A program made the translations under genes and the position numbers. Under the pieces are notes generated by a model that did no database searches, had not been told where the DNA came from, and saw only the letters and a program-made list of their open reading frames with translations. From Escherichia phage vB_EcoM-101112UKE3-1, in the sequence record MZ234013.1: a stretch of 64,000 bases of DNA. The stretch is one strand, 5' to 3'. Positions 1 to 10,801 of this stretch are shown here, piece by piece. How positions within the stretch are numbered: the first letter of the stretch is position 1; each line of letters opens with the position of its first letter.

Positions 1-203
1 CATACATAAACGTCATTAATATCATAAGTATAACCATCTATTTCTTTACGAGATTTAATCTTTCCATTAAATTCCAATAAATGAATAGAAACGAAATCAA
101 CTTCTGCCGGTGATAAATTCGGACAAATAGAATCAATAAGAAGTTTTAAATTTTCATCAGGACCTTTAACATCTTTTAAAATGTTATAATGTTTAAGACC
201 CAT
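1..203 (-). CDS. 28: baseplate hub distal subunit gp28, N-terminal part only (gene runs off the window start)
   Basis: Minus-strand ATG at 203..201; hand translation starts MGLKHYNIL, matching recalled T4 gp28 N-terminus; not in ORF track because truncated. Confidence 0.65.
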   Translation of the reverse strand, partial: MGLKHYNILKDVKGPDENLKLLIDSICPNLSPAEVDFVSIHLLEFNGKIKSRKEIDGYTYDINDVYV

Positions 204-225
204 CTTAGGAATAGAAACTTCTTTA

Positions 226-1398
226 TTACTTATTGGAAGAACTACTTTCTTCAGTGGTAGTATCAGATTTAAATTCATTTTTAACCTTAACTGGGTCTAT
301 TGTTTCCAGTTTCGTCGCATTAGTGAACATATATAGATGAGTTACTGAATTATTATTTGATAATTCATGGATAACTTCATCAACGTAAAATTCTGTTTTA
401 AATTGGTTTTTACTATCATTAAAAATAATTTTAACACCAGGAGTCAAGTTAAAATTACCGACAGTAGAACATTTAGCATAGCCATCATATTGCGCCATAG
501 TTTGAAGACGAATAGCTTCTTCATAGCCATTTCTATAAGTCATTTCAGAATAAGCACCTGACCTTGACACTACAATAGAGTTTTCACCCTTTCCTGTAGT
601 AATCATTGGCAGTGAAGAATCTAAAAACGAATGAGCATAGATAGTAGCATTTTTCATTGGATCACGTTTATGCGGGTTTGATTTAGTCAACCAAACAAAA
701 TCATATGCTAATGGATATTTCAATTCTTGGACGAATTGACCTATTAAAGTTGGCTCACCTACAATCATTGGATATGGTTCTTGATTTATCATCATATCAT
801 AGTCCATCATGTTAACTCCCATGATGTCTTGCCATACAAATACGAACTTATCGCTTCCTACCGCTAGAGCAACTTCTCTTACATAGGACAAATAATTTTC
901 AAATGTACTAGTCCATGGAATATCAGGAACATAAGCATTTATAGCATTTATTGCTGGAGTTAATAATGTGCGGTCTTGATAAATGACACCAAGCATTTCT
1001 TTTATAGATTCACCTGCATCAGGGAAAAATGGTCTACCAAATTTAAGATTTTCTATAGAATGAATAGTTCCCAATTCAATAGCAATGATGTTATCGCCTT
1101 TTGAATCTACTGACACGGAAAAATGTTTGCATCCATAAATTCGTGTTTTAACATTATTAATATCGTTTGCATTAGCTACAGAAATTTGAATTATTTCATT
1201 TCCATCCATTTTTGTATGAATGTTTTTAGAATCATAAAATTGTAGCATTCCTTCATTTCGACCATAAAGAGAGTCACGCATAGTTAATGTGGTAATAGTA
1301 GCAGCTAATTCAACAAATCTATTATTACTCCAAGCGTCATAACTCTCAAATAATTTAACGCTGAGATTTGGATATCCAGGACGTTGTAACATACTCAT
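226..1398 (-). CDS. 27: baseplate hub subunit gp27
   Basis: 390 aa ORF, length and sequence match T4 gp27 (391 aa); position between 28 and 51. Confidence 0.9.
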   Translation of the reverse strand: MSMLQRPGYPNLSVKLFESYDAWSNNRFVELAATITTLTMRDSLYGRNEGMLQFYDSKNIHTKMDGNEIIQISVANANDINNVKTRIYGCKHFSVSVDSKGDNIIAIELGTIHSIENLKFGRPFFPDAGESIKEMLGVIYQDRTLLTPAINAINAYVPDIPWTSTFENYLSYVREVALAVGSDKFVFVWQDIMGVNMMDYDMMINQEPYPMIVGEPTLIGQFVQELKYPLAYDFVWLTKSNPHKRDPMKNATIYAHSFLDSSLPMITTGKGENSIVVSRSGAYSEMTYRNGYEEAIRLQTMAQYDGYAKCSTVGNFNLTPGVKIIFNDSKNQFKTEFYVDEVIHELSNNNSVTHLYMFTNATKLETIDPVKVKNEFKSDTTTEESSSSNK

Positions 1399-2147
1399 TG
1401 ATGTTTATCCTTCTCAATCAGTTTTAATACGAATCCGCGTTCGGCAGGAATCATTTTCATTATTGAATTTAAGCTATAATTACTTTTTACAAGCGTGTGA
1501 TTAATTTGATAAAAAGTAAATATCTCATCTGGATTAACTAATAGCTTAAACACATCTACTATATCAGTGTATTTTTTAATGTACTTATCACAACACGACA
1601 TGTGCAATGTTAAATTAATAGGATTCATTGCATCGAGAATTTTTTCTAATGTTTCTATCTCGATGGCGTCAACTAGTTCTATTTGACTGGACTCGCTAAT
1701 TTCCTTCCAATCATACCATATTTCATCTACTTGAACAGAATGAATATTTTCAGTAATCATCTTTGCTTTATTTTCATAAAACTCAGAAGGAAACTTTAAT
1801 TTAATTTTAACATTAGCTACATCAAAAACAGGTTCCTTTAATTCTTTTTGATATATTTCAAATGGAACTGTCTTTTCTTTTTTACATTTTGGACATACAA
1901 ATGTGACCGGTACTTTAGTTTTACCTATTGAACCTACAAATACCTGCAAAAATATAAATGGTTGCCAAGTCTTTGGATAGTCTCCAAAATAATCAGCAAT
2001 TAAATCAGCAATTACTTCTTTTTGTTCTTGTGGTGACCGATGTTCTATATCGTTTCGAACTAACAAAAAATCTCGATAATCTTCTACCGTAAATGGTTTA
2101 AAACGATGAACACCATCTGGTAATTTACAACGAATAATGTTTGCCAT
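1395..2147 (-). CDS. 51: baseplate hub assembly catalyst gp51
   Basis: 250 aa ORF; T4 synteny 26/51/27; ATGA-type overlap with gene 27. Confidence 0.85.
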   Translation of the reverse strand: MANIIRCKLPDGVHRFKPFTVEDYRDFLLVRNDIEHRSPQEQKEVIADLIADYFGDYPKTWQPFIFLQVFVGSIGKTKVPVTFVCPKCKKEKTVPFEIYQKELKEPVFDVANVKIKLKFPSEFYENKAKMITENIHSVQVDEIWYDWKEISESSQIELVDAIEIETLEKILDAMNPINLTLHMSCCDKYIKKYTDIVDVFKLLVNPDEIFTFYQINHTLVKSNYSLNSIMKMIPAERGFVLKLIEKDKHQ

Positions 2148-2164
2148 AGATGCTCCTTTTATTC

Positions 2165-2176
2165 TATTTATAAATA
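2165..2176. promoter_or_regulatory. overlapping divergent late promoter boxes (TATAAATA on both strands) between genes 51 and 26
   Basis: tatttataaata: plus-strand TATAAATA at 2169..2176 about 22 nt before gene 26 ATG; minus-strand TATAAATA at 2172..2165 about 18 nt before gene 51 ATG. Confidence 0.5.
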
Positions 2177-2197
2177 TGATAAATAAAGGAGCTAAAT

Positions 2198-2824
2198 ATG
2201 TATGAATACAAATTTGATGTGAGAGTTGGTTCTAAAATAATCAACTGTCGCGCATTTACTCTTAAAGAATATCTAGAACTTATTACTGCTAAAAAGAATG
2301 GTTCAGTAGAAGAGATTGTTAAAAAGCTAATCAAAGACTGTACAAATGCAAAAGATTTAAACCGCCAAGAATCAGAACTATTACTGATTCATTTATGGGC
2401 GCATTCTCTTGGAGAAGTTAATCACGAAAACTCCTGGAAGTGCACCTGTGGAACTGAAATACCAACCCATATAAATCTATTACATACACAAATAGATGCA
2501 CCAGAAGACCTCTGGTATACACTGGGTGACATTAAAATTAAATTCCATTACCCTAAAATTTTTGATGATAAAAATATAGCCCACATGATAATATCATGTA
2601 TAGAAACGATTCATGCTAACGGTGAAAGCATTCCAGTTGAAGACTTAAATGAAAAAGAACTGGAAGATTTATATTCTATCATCACAGAGTCAGATATTGT
2701 AGCTATAAAAGATATGCTTTTAAAGCCTACTGTTTATTTGGCTGTTCCAATTAAATGTCCAGAGTGTGGAAAAACTCACGCTCATGTAATAAGAGGACTC
2801 AAAGAATTCTTTGAGCTATTGTAA
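2198..2824 (+). CDS. 26: baseplate hub subunit gp26
   Basis: 208 aa, same length as T4 gp26; synteny. Confidence 0.85.
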   Translation: MYEYKFDVRVGSKIINCRAFTLKEYLELITAKKNGSVEEIVKKLIKDCTNAKDLNRQESELLLIHLWAHSLGEVNHENSWKCTCGTEIPTHINLLHTQIDAPEDLWYTLGDIKIKFHYPKIFDDKNIAHMIISCIETIHANGESIPVEDLNEKELEDLYSIITESDIVAIKDMLLKPTVYLAVPIKCPECGKTHAHVIRGLKEFFELL

Positions 2825-3222
2825 TGGCAAATATTAATAAGCTTTATTCTGATATTGACCCAGAGATGAAAATGGATTGGAACAAAGACGTTTCAAGATC
2901 ACTTGGATTAAGGTCAATTAAAAATAGTCTTTTAGGAATTATTACAACAAGAAAAGGTTCAAGACCGTTTGACCCTGAATTTGGATGTGATTTATCAGAC
3001 CAACTTTTTGAGAATATGACTCCTCTTACTGCTGACACGGTTGAGCGTAATATCGAAAGCGCAGTAAGAAACTATGAGCCACGTATTGATAAATTAGCAG
3101 TTAATGTAATACCGGTTTATGATGATTATACTTTGATAGTAGAAATACGCTTTTCAGTCATCGATAACCCTGATGATATTGAGCAGATAAAACTACAACT
3201 GGCTTCCAGTAATAGAGTATAA
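2824..3222 (+). CDS. 25: baseplate wedge subunit gp25
   Basis: 132 aa, same length as T4 gp25; overlaps gene 26 stop. Confidence 0.9.
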   Translation: MANINKLYSDIDPEMKMDWNKDVSRSLGLRSIKNSLLGIITTRKGSRPFDPEFGCDLSDQLFENMTPLTADTVERNIESAVRNYEPRIDKLAVNVIPVYDDYTLIVEIRFSVIDNPDDIEQIKLQLASSNRV

Positions 3223-3248
3223 TGCTTCACGTATAAACGTGGTATAAT
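3223..3248 (+). promoter_or_regulatory. candidate T4 middle-type promoter for uvsY (MotA-box-like tgcttca plus TGgTATAAT)
   Basis: tgcttca at 3223..3229, extended -10 tataat at 3243..3248, about 40 nt upstream of uvsY ATG. Confidence 0.4.
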
Positions 3249-3288
3249 GAATCTAAGTCCATCCAATAACAATTGAATAGAGAACAAT

Positions 3289-3702
3289 ATGAGATTAGAA
3301 GATCTTCAAGAAGAATTGAAGAAAGATGTATTTATAGATTCGACTAAATTACAGTATGAAGCAGCTAATAATGTGATGTTATATAGTAAATGGCTTAATA
3401 AGCATTCAAGTATTAAAAAGGAAATGCTTAGAATTGATGCACAGAAAAAAGTTGCTCTTAAAGCTAAATTAGACTACTACTCGGGACGAGGAGATGGTGA
3501 TGAATTTAGTATGGATCGTTACGAGAAATCAGAAATGAAGACAGTTCTATCAGCTGATAAGGATGTTTTAAAGGTTGATACCTCGTTACAGTATTGGGGG
3601 ATTTTATTAGATTTCTGTAGCGGAGCTCTTGATGCTATTAAATCACGTGGATTTGCTATTAAGCATATTCAAGACATGCGAGCATTTGAGGCTGGAAAAT
3701 AA
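3289..3702 (+). CDS. uvsY: recombination mediator UvsY
   Basis: 137 aa, matches T4 UvsY length and sequence (MRLEDLQEELKKDVFIDSTKLQYEAANN...). Confidence 0.9.
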   Translation: MRLEDLQEELKKDVFIDSTKLQYEAANNVMLYSKWLNKHSSIKKEMLRIDAQKKVALKAKLDYYSGRGDGDEFSMDRYEKSEMKTVLSADKDVLKVDTSLQYWGILLDFCSGALDAIKSRGFAIKHIQDMRAFEAGK

Positions 3703-3926
3703 TGAGATATAGCATTGATGATGCTTTTAATTATGAAGAAGAATTTGAAACGGAAATTCAATTCTTAATGAAAAAGCATAATCTTAAGCGTCAGGATATT
3801 CGTATCCTGGCCGACCACCCGTGCGGTGAAGATGTTCTTTATATTAAAGGAAAATTTGCCGGATATCTTGATGAATATTTTTATTCTAAAGATATGGGCA
3901 TTGATATGCATATGAGAGTTGTATAA
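3702..3926 (+). CDS. uvsY.-1-like small protein
   Basis: 74 aa ORF coupled to uvsY stop; T4 synteny. Confidence 0.65.
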   Translation: MRYSIDDAFNYEEEFETEIQFLMKKHNLKRQDIRILADHPCGEDVLYIKGKFAGYLDEYFYSKDMGIDMHMRVV

Positions 3927-3954
3927 ATAGATATATAATTCAGAGGAGACAATC

Positions 3955-4122
3955 ATGTCAGATAAGATTTGTGTTGTCTGTAAAACTCCAATCGATTCTG
4001 CATTGGTTGTTGAAACAGACAAAGGTCCTGTACATCCTGGGCCTTGCTATAATTACATTAAAGAACTACCAGTTTCAGAAAGTTCGGAAGAACAATTAAA
4101 TGAAACGCAACTTTTGCTATAG
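3955..4122 (+). CDS. uvsY.-2-like small Cys-containing protein (55 aa)
   Basis: Hand-translated MSDKICVVCKTPIDSALVVETDKGPVHPGPCYNY...; SD gaggag upstream; TATAAATA at 3922..3929; below the 60 aa track cutoff. Confidence 0.45.
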   Translation: MSDKICVVCKTPIDSALVVETDKGPVHPGPCYNYIKELPVSESSEEQLNETQLLL

Positions 4123-4145
4123 TGTGACCTTTAGTCTATAGTTTT

Positions 4146-4176
4146 GGCCCTTCCTTTTTGGTTGGGCCTTTTTTAA
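4146..4176 (+). terminator. putative terminator after the uvsY operon
   Basis: ggccc...gggcc inverted repeat followed by tttttt. Confidence 0.35.
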
Positions 4177-4177
4177 T

Positions 4178-4408
4178 TTAAAAGCTTTCTTCTACTTCAT
4201 CGTCTGAATCTTCTAATTCAGCTCTTTTTCCTGCCAAAGCATCTCTGACTGAGATGTCATCAGTATCTTTTAATTCAGTTTCTTTAACTCTTTTCTTATA
4301 ATAAGCTTCAAGTTCTTCTAAACCTTCTAATGTTTGACAAGAGGCAATTTTACCCATAAATTCATCAATAGAAGCTTCATAAAGAAATTGTTTAAATTCT
4401 AGTAACAT
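4178..4408 (-). CDS. uvsW.1: UvsW.1 (small protein downstream of UvsW)
   Basis: Track ORF begins at a TTG; first in-frame ATG at 4408 with GGAG SD gives a 76 aa acidic protein, matching recalled T4 UvsW.1. Confidence 0.7.
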   Translation of the reverse strand: MLLEFKQFLYEASIDEFMGKIASCQTLEGLEELEAYYKKRVKETELKDTDDISVRDALAGKRAELEDSDDEVEESF

Positions 4409-4433
4409 CTTTTTCTCCAAAGGGCCGAAGCCC

Positions 4434-5945
4434 TTATAAATTAACTGTTTTCATTACGTAATTAAATTTTTCATCTGCGTAGCGCTGAATACGATCAATG
4501 CCGTGTTTTAAAAGATAGTTCAAATGAACGTATTTCTTTTTCGTATTAGCAGATTTTGGCTTAACGCCACAATCATCTATGAGGTCCCAGACGGTTGCTA
4601 TTGTCTTAGAACCATGCTTACGTAATACACGACCGATTGTTTGTAATACAATGATTTTTGATTTAACACCGTGTGCTAAAACAACGTGATGCAGATTTTT
4701 AACTGAAATACCAGTAGAAAATACACCATAACTAGCTACTATAATTATTCCTTTACCGTTTTCAGCTAAGGTTTTCATTATATTGCGGGTTTCGGTATCA
4801 ACTTCCCCTGATACGTAATAAACTTTATCGTATTCATTTTTAATTAAATCGAAAATAGCTTTACCATGCGATACGTGTTTAAACATGACAAAAGCGTTTT
4901 CATCTTTTTGTGCAAGCTTAATAGCTAATTTAGCGATCCATTTATTTCTTTTACTAAGCCCAGTAATAATTTTTATTTCTTCTTGGTAAGTTTTTCCCTT
5001 TAATTTAGTAGTGAACTCATCGGGATAGCGAAGAAAAATACTATTAATTTTTAACTCAGTTACTTGTCCATCTTCCATTAATTTAGAGGTCGTTACTGGC
5101 TTAAATATTTCACCAAACATTCCAACATACTGCATGATATTGGCTTTGCCATCACGTAATGAACCAGACAAACCGAATTTGAACATGCAGTTATTTAAAC
5201 CTGATATGATAGATGAAATACTTTTTCCTGTAGCAAGATGACATTCATCATTCATCATCATTCCAAACTGTGAGAACCATTCTTTCGGTTGTTTTACTAC
5301 AGTTTGCCATGTACCAACAACGACCGGTGCATCATTTTTATATTTATCATCTTTTGATGCTCCACCACCGATTTTCTTTATCATTGCATGACTGAATAAA
5401 CGATAGTCAACAAAGTCATCAGCCATCTGAGTTGTCAGAGCAGTTGTTGGAACAATAATAAGAATTTTGCCTTCATAATTTTCCAAATAATACCGAGCAA
5501 GCAAAGCTTGAATTAAAGATTTACCTGCGGATGTTGGAAGATTAAGAATTCTACGACGATTAACTAATCCTTCGAACACTGCATCTTTTTGATACCAATG
5601 CGGTTCAATTCTTTTATTTCCTGAATAGATTTCTAATTTAGAAAGCCATTCATCAAAATCTTTTCTTGATAATTCTTCTTTTTCGTTAATCTGTGGGTCA
5701 ATCCAGGCTTTATAGCCAAAGTTATCGCAGAACTTTTTAATTTGCCCGACTAAACCGAATGGAAGAAGGCGATTATAATCTAAAAGACGAATTCGTCCAT
5801 CCCAGTGGCCATATCTGTACTTCGGATTAAAACGATACCCATCAGCTTCAAAGCTAAAGAAATCACGGAGTTCATGAAATGTACTTTCTTCACAATCAAT
5901 TCTCACGTGACTAAAATCATAAAAATGTACTTTAATGTCAGTCAT
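4434..5945 (-). CDS. uvsW: UvsW RNA-DNA/DNA helicase (SF2)
   Basis: 503 aa, near-identical to recalled T4 UvsW; helicase motifs (LNLPTSAGKS Walker A, DECH). Confidence 0.9.
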   Translation of the reverse strand: MTDIKVHFYDFSHVRIDCEESTFHELRDFFSFEADGYRFNPKYRYGHWDGRIRLLDYNRLLPFGLVGQIKKFCDNFGYKAWIDPQINEKEELSRKDFDEWLSKLEIYSGNKRIEPHWYQKDAVFEGLVNRRRILNLPTSAGKSLIQALLARYYLENYEGKILIIVPTTALTTQMADDFVDYRLFSHAMIKKIGGGASKDDKYKNDAPVVVGTWQTVVKQPKEWFSQFGMMMNDECHLATGKSISSIISGLNNCMFKFGLSGSLRDGKANIMQYVGMFGEIFKPVTTSKLMEDGQVTELKINSIFLRYPDEFTTKLKGKTYQEEIKIITGLSKRNKWIAKLAIKLAQKDENAFVMFKHVSHGKAIFDLIKNEYDKVYYVSGEVDTETRNIMKTLAENGKGIIIVASYGVFSTGISVKNLHHVVLAHGVKSKIIVLQTIGRVLRKHGSKTIATVWDLIDDCGVKPKSANTKKKYVHLNYLLKHGIDRIQRYADEKFNYVMKTVNL

Positions 5946-5974
5946 GTCTAAATACCATGTAATAAATATATCTA

Positions 5975-5982
5975 TATTTATA
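5975..5982 (-). promoter_or_regulatory. late promoter box (TATAAATA) for uvsW
   Basis: tatttata on plus strand, about 30 nt upstream of uvsW ATG. Confidence 0.4.
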
Positions 5983-5995
5983 CTGAGGAAATATT

Positions 5996-6676
5996 ATGAT
6001 AGATAAAGATTATATTGCAGAGCTGAAGGCTCTTGATGATAATAAAGAAGCTAAAGCTAAATTAGCTGAATATGCTGAACAGTTTGGTATAAAGGTCAAA
6101 AAGAATAAATCTTTTGATAATATCGTTAATGATATTGAAGAAGCTCTCCAGAAGCTCGCTAGTGAACCTATGCCAGAGACTGATGGGTTATCTATTAAAG
6201 ACTTAATTGATGCTGCTGATGCCGCAGACGGATTAAAATATGACGATGAAGAAGTCAATCCAGAGGCAGCACTTCTGATTGATTCTCCGGTTAAATCTGA
6301 CATTAAAATTGAAGTAGTAGAAACGGATAAAATTCCTGAAAATACCACTGTTTTAATTGAAGATACTCCTTTTGTTGAAGAAAAATTCGAACAGGCTGTA
6401 GCTGAGATTATTGAATCTGAAAAGCCGTCTGTATTTACTCTTCCGGAAAACTTTAGTCCGAATCTTCAGCTGATTGGAAAAAATCCAGGATTCTGCACTG
6501 TTCCTTGGTGGATTTATCAATGGATTGCTGAAACCCCAGATTGGAAATCTCACCCAACTAGTTTTGAACATGCGTCGGCACACCAAACTTTATTTAGCTT
6601 AATTTACTACATTAATCGTGACGGATCAGTTCTAATTCGTGAAACACGTAATTCTTCTTTCGTAACATTAAAATAA
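5996..6676 (+). CDS. inh: Inh, inhibitor of prohead protease gp21
   Basis: 226 aa, same length as T4 Inh; synteny next to hoc. Confidence 0.8.
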   Translation: MIDKDYIAELKALDDNKEAKAKLAEYAEQFGIKVKKNKSFDNIVNDIEEALQKLASEPMPETDGLSIKDLIDAADAADGLKYDDEEVNPEAALLIDSPVKSDIKIEVVETDKIPENTTVLIEDTPFVEEKFEQAVAEIIESEKPSVFTLPENFSPNLQLIGKNPGFCTVPWWIYQWIAETPDWKSHPTSFEHASAHQTLFSLIYYINRDGSVLIRETRNSSFVTLK

Positions 6677-6685
6677 GGATAACTT

Positions 6686-7816
6686 ATGACTTTTACAGTT
6701 GATATAACTCCTAAAACACCTACTGGAGTTATAGATCAGACTCAGCAGTTTACTGCTACACCCAGTGGTCAAACTGGAGATGGACCTATTACATATGCTT
6801 GGACTGTAGACGACGCTCCACAGGAAGAAACGTCAGCAACTTTTAGTTATGTACTAAAAGGACCTGCCGGTCAAAAGACTATTAAAGTAGTTGCAACCAA
6901 TCAAGTTGCAGAATCTGAACCTGAAACAGCAGAAATTAGTACAACTATCACAGTTCAAAATAAGACACAAACAACTACTTTAGCTGTAACTCCTGGTAGC
7001 CCTGATGCTGGAGTGATTGGAACTCCAATTGAATTTACCGCTGCCTTAGCTTCACAGCCATCAGGTGCAAACGCTACGTATCAATGGCACGTTGACGGTT
7101 CTCCTGTAGACGAAGCAACTGACGCTACATTCAATTACACTCCTGACACAAGCGGAGTTAAAAAAATCAAGTGTGTAGCTCAAGTAACTGCGGCAGATTA
7201 TGATGCACTAAGCGTTACTTCTAATGAAGTATCATTGACTGTTAATAAGAAAACAATGAATCCACAGGTTACATTGACTCCTCCTTCTATTAACGTTCAG
7301 CAAGATGCTTCGGCTACATTTACGGCTAATGTTACGGGTGCTCCAGAAGAAGCACAAATTACTTACTCATGGAAGAAAGATTCTTCTCCTGTAGAAGGGT
7401 CAACTAACGTATATACTGTCGATACCTCATCTGTTGGAAGTCAAACTATTGAAGTTACTGCTGTCGTTACTGCAACTGATTACGATAGCAAAACTATTAC
7501 AGCAGAAGGTCAAGTTCAGGTAACTGATAAAGTTGCTCCAGAACCAGAAGGTGAATTGCCTTATGTTCATCCTCTTCCACATCGTACTTCAGCTTATATC
7601 TGGTGCGGTTGGTGGGTTATGGATGAAATCCAAAAAATGACCGAAGAAGGTAAAGATTGGAAAACTGAAGATCCAGACAGTAAATACTACCTGCATCGTT
7701 ACACTCTTCAGAAGATGATGAAAGACTATCCAGAAGTTGATGTTCAAGAATCACGCAATGGATACATCATTCATAAAACTGCTTTAGAAACTGGTATCAT
7801 CTATACCTATCCATAA
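6686..7816 (+). CDS. hoc: Hoc, highly immunogenic outer capsid protein (tandem Ig-like domains)
   Basis: 376 aa, same as T4 Hoc; repeated T/S-rich beta-domain pattern; synteny. Confidence 0.85.
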   Translation: MTFTVDITPKTPTGVIDQTQQFTATPSGQTGDGPITYAWTVDDAPQEETSATFSYVLKGPAGQKTIKVVATNQVAESEPETAEISTTITVQNKTQTTTLAVTPGSPDAGVIGTPIEFTAALASQPSGANATYQWHVDGSPVDEATDATFNYTPDTSGVKKIKCVAQVTAADYDALSVTSNEVSLTVNKKTMNPQVTLTPPSINVQQDASATFTANVTGAPEEAQITYSWKKDSSPVEGSTNVYTVDTSSVGSQTIEVTAVVTATDYDSKTITAEGQVQVTDKVAPEPEGELPYVHPLPHRTSAYIWCGWWVMDEIQKMTEEGKDWKTEDPDSKYYLHRYTLQKMMKDYPEVDVQESRNGYIIHKTALETGIIYTYP

Positions 7817-7825
7817 TCATAATCA

Positions 7826-7848
7826 TAAGGGGCTTCGGCCCCTTTCTT
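7826..7848 (+). terminator. rho-independent terminator after hoc
   Basis: aaggggcttcggcccctttcttc: GC stem, tetraloop, T-rich tail. Confidence 0.6.
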
Positions 7849-7911
7849 CATTTTGAAAGCACACAAAACATACTCAGAAAATGATGTATATAATGGCATC
7901 AACTCGATAAC

Positions 7912-8109
7912 ATGAGATTGATTATGAGAACTGAGGTTGTGGTGTTTACTCTTCATGAGTCTGGAAAGTCATTCATTGAAATTGCTCGTGAATTAAACTT
8001 ACAGGCGAAAGAAGTGGCTGTATTATGGGCTCGAGCTATGACTGCTAAGAATAAATTTGAAACTCGAGAAAAAGTTGTCTATAGAAAAAGACATATTAAT
8101 AAAAGGTGA
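7912..8109 (+). CDS. 24.3-like small basic protein
   Basis: 65 aa ORF; T4 synteny between hoc and rnlB. Confidence 0.5.
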   Translation: MRLIMRTEVVVFTLHESGKSFIEIARELNLQAKEVAVLWARAMTAKNKFETREKVVYRKRHINKR

Positions 8110-8112
8110 AAA

Positions 8113-8391
8113 ATGGAACAGTATGATCTTTATGAAAATGAATCTTTTGCTAATCGATTACGCGAAAAAGCACTTAAAAGTAAACAGTTTAAGCTAGAGT
8201 GTTTTATTAAAGATTTTTCGGAACTTGCTAATAAAGCAGCTGAACAAGGTAAAACATATTTTAGTTATTATTGTACTGCTCGCGATAAATTGATTACTGA
8301 AGAAATTGGTGATTGGCTGAGAAAAGAAGGATTTAGCTTTAAAGTCAATAGTGATCAGCGTGATGGTGATTGGTTAGAAATTACATTTTGA
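8113..8391 (+). CDS. 24.2-like hypothetical protein
   Basis: 92 aa ORF; synteny. Confidence 0.55.
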   Translation: MEQYDLYENESFANRLREKALKSKQFKLECFIKDFSELANKAAEQGKTYFSYYCTARDKLITEEIGDWLRKEGFSFKVNSDQRDGDWLEITF

Positions 8392-8400
8392 GGATTAATT

Positions 8401-9405
8401 ATGTTTAAAAAGTATAGCAGTCTTGAAAATCATTACAACTCTAAATTTATTGAAAAACTTTATAGCTTGGGATTGACTGGTGGGGAGTGGGTAGCTCGTG
8501 AAAAGATTCACGGCACAAATTTCTCATTGATTATTGAGCGTGATAAAGTAACTTGCGCTAAACGCACTGGTCCTATTCTTCCTGCTGAAGATTTCTTTGG
8601 GTATGAAATTATTTTGAAGAATTACTCTGATTCCATTAAAGCAGTACAAGATATTATGGAAACTTCAGCGGTTGTATCTTATCAAGTTTTTGGCGAATTC
8701 GCTGGACCTGGCATTCAGAAGAATGTCGATTATGGCGATAAAGATTTTTATGTATTTGACATTATTGTTACTACAGAAAGTGGTGATGTGACTTATGTCG
8801 ATGATTATATGATGGAATCATTTTGTAATACATTTAAATTTAAAATGGCTCCACTTTTAGGTCGCGGTAAATTTGAAGAACTTATTAAATTGCCAAATGA
8901 TTTAGATTCTGTCGTCCAGGATTATAATTTTACGGTAGACCATGCTGGATTAGTTGATGCAAATAAATGCGTTTGGAATGCTGAAGTAAAAGGCGAAGTA
9001 TTTACCGCTGAAGGATATGTATTGAAACCTTGTTATCCTTCTTGGATGCCTAATGGCAATCGCGTAGCTATCAAATGCAAGAACTCTAAATTTAGTGAAA
9101 AGAAAAGGTCTGATAAGCCTATTAAAGCTAAAGTTGAACTGTCAGAAGCTGATAACAAATTGGTTGGAATTTTAGCTTGTTACGTTACACTGAACCGAGT
9201 AAATAACGTTATTTCTAAAATTGGTGAAATTGGTCCAAAAGATTTTGGAAAGGTGATGGGGCTAACTGTTCAAGATATTTTGGAAGAAACTTCTCGTGAA
9301 GGTATTACTCTAACTCAAGCGGATAATCCTTCTTTGATTAAGAAGGAATTAGTTAAAATGGTACAAGATGTACTTCGTCCGGCTTGGATTGAATTGGTAA
9401 GTTAA
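8401..9405 (+). CDS. rnlB: RNA ligase 2 (RnlB)
   Basis: 334 aa; KIHGTN lysine-adenylation motif; near-identical to recalled T4 Rnl2. Confidence 0.9.
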   Translation: MFKKYSSLENHYNSKFIEKLYSLGLTGGEWVAREKIHGTNFSLIIERDKVTCAKRTGPILPAEDFFGYEIILKNYSDSIKAVQDIMETSAVVSYQVFGEFAGPGIQKNVDYGDKDFYVFDIIVTTESGDVTYVDDYMMESFCNTFKFKMAPLLGRGKFEELIKLPNDLDSVVQDYNFTVDHAGLVDANKCVWNAEVKGEVFTAEGYVLKPCYPSWMPNGNRVAIKCKNSKFSEKKRSDKPIKAKVELSEADNKLVGILACYVTLNRVNNVISKIGEIGPKDFGKVMGLTVQDILEETSREGITLTQADNPSLIKKELVKMVQDVLRPAWIELVS

Positions 9406-9408
9406 ATA

Positions 9409-9433
9409 AAAAGGGACCTTTCGGTCCCTTTGT
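9409..9433. terminator. bidirectional terminator between rnlB and gene 24
   Basis: aaaaagggacctttcggtccctttgtttt: GC hairpin with T-tracts on both strands. Confidence 0.65.
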
Positions 9434-9434
9434 T

Positions 9435-10718
9435 TTATTCATCAATGATAATTTTTGGTAGCTTAACACCTAATAAAACAGACAAATCTGAACGACCCGC
9501 CATTTTATCCATATCTCCACCATCAATTACTCTTGCTTCTTTTTCATCTTTTGCTACAGTGTAAGGATTTGCAGATAAAGCATATCTAACTAATAAACCG
9601 ATAGATGGCTGCAAACTTTCTGGATCAACTACAACTTTAAATGCACCTACATGTTCAGGGTCATCTAAGTCAAGACCTTCTGTATACGGAGCATAGAAAA
9701 TTGATCCAACAATTTCTTTTTCACCAATATTTTCTACTACGCCAACGATTACATAATCTAATGGACTGTTGGTATCGCAATAAAGCGGTAAACCATTAGC
9801 TAAGAACCCGTAGGCATTTTGTGAAAGATATTTATCATCTTCTGGTTTATGTTTTAACCAACCTGATGCAGCAAGAATCGCAGCGGCACGAGCTGAAGCA
9901 ACACAGAACGTTGCTGTATAAGTTGATTCTTTTTGGATATGCGAAACCATTTCACATACCATTCGGTATAATGAACGACCAGCTTCAGGTGCAGATGCAT
10001 AACTCAAATCGATGAATCCAGTATCAGTAATTCCTGTAACTTTATAGCGTTTTGACACTGTAATCAAAGACTGCAGAATATCTTTATTGATTTCATCTGC
10101 CATTTCAGTTGCAAGCAAATCTTCCAAGAAATTAGGAGCATCGAATCCATTTGCTTCTAAATCTTGTGCTAATTCAACTGTGATACCAGTTTTAAGTTTA
10201 CGAGATTTAACTGCGGTTTGCCATTTATTAATCTGGAATCTAGCATCCGCAATTTCACTATCAGAGCTTTCAAATTTGCTTGTTGACGCTGCGTCAGAAA
10301 ATAGACGAACCTTTAAAAGAACAATTGCAATCTGAAGAGCTAATTCTAAATCGCTTTCTTCAATATCAGCAAATGGTGTATCTTCTAATACTTTATAAAC
10401 GATATTATTATATTTGAATAAATCGCCCTTATTGAGAGTTAATTTAGACTCTTCTGTTAATTCTGTGATTTGTTCTCGGTCTACATATCCAGCTTCGCCA
10501 GCATAAGTAGCACCAGTTTTAAATGTAAATTCATTGTCTGGGTTAAGGTATTTGATACCATAAAAAGCAGCAACAGGTTGATTAGTTCTTTGCGTTGCTA
10601 CAATGTCAGAATATATTAATTTAGTGGTAGCGCGAGTCAAAGCAACGAGATTTGGGCGACCGATTGAGTTGCTATTCGTTGTGGTTGATTCGCGCAGAAG
10701 TTCGTTGATTTTAGCCAT
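9435..10718 (-). CDS. 24: head vertex protein gp24
   Basis: 427 aa, matches T4 gp24; paralog of gp23. Confidence 0.9.
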   Translation of the reverse strand: MAKINELLRESTTTNSNSIGRPNLVALTRATTKLIYSDIVATQRTNQPVAAFYGIKYLNPDNEFTFKTGATYAGEAGYVDREQITELTEESKLTLNKGDLFKYNNIVYKVLEDTPFADIEESDLELALQIAIVLLKVRLFSDAASTSKFESSDSEIADARFQINKWQTAVKSRKLKTGITVELAQDLEANGFDAPNFLEDLLATEMADEINKDILQSLITVSKRYKVTGITDTGFIDLSYASAPEAGRSLYRMVCEMVSHIQKESTYTATFCVASARAAAILAASGWLKHKPEDDKYLSQNAYGFLANGLPLYCDTNSPLDYVIVGVVENIGEKEIVGSIFYAPYTEGLDLDDPEHVGAFKVVVDPESLQPSIGLLVRYALSANPYTVAKDEKEARVIDGGDMDKMAGRSDLSVLLGVKLPKIIIDE

Positions 10719-10745
10719 TGCGCTTTCCTTTTGGTTTATATGATT

Positions 10746-10753
10746 TATTTATA
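10746..10753 (-). promoter_or_regulatory. late promoter box (TATAAATA) for gene 24
   Basis: tatttata on plus strand about 28 nt upstream of gene 24 ATG. Confidence 0.45.
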
Positions 10754-10768
10754 CCATAAAAACAACTA

Positions 10769-10788
10769 AAGGGACCCGAAGGTCCCTT
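10769..10788 (-). terminator. terminator downstream of gene 23
   Basis: aagggacccgaaggtccctt hairpin followed on the minus strand by a T-rich run. Confidence 0.55.
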
Positions 10789-10801
10789 AAATCGTCAAAG
10801 A

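Noticed and set aside
4420-4435. GC hairpin (aagggccgaagccctt) between uvsW and uvsW.1 as a terminator
   Set aside because: No T-tract follows on the minus strand; it overlaps the uvsW stop and precedes the uvsW.1 SD, so more likely an mRNA structure than a terminator.
7853-7894. Possible sigma70 promoter (ttgaaa ... tataat) upstream of 24.3
   Set aside because: Spacer between the hexamers is about 30 nt and there is no MotA box, so it does not fit an early or middle promoter.
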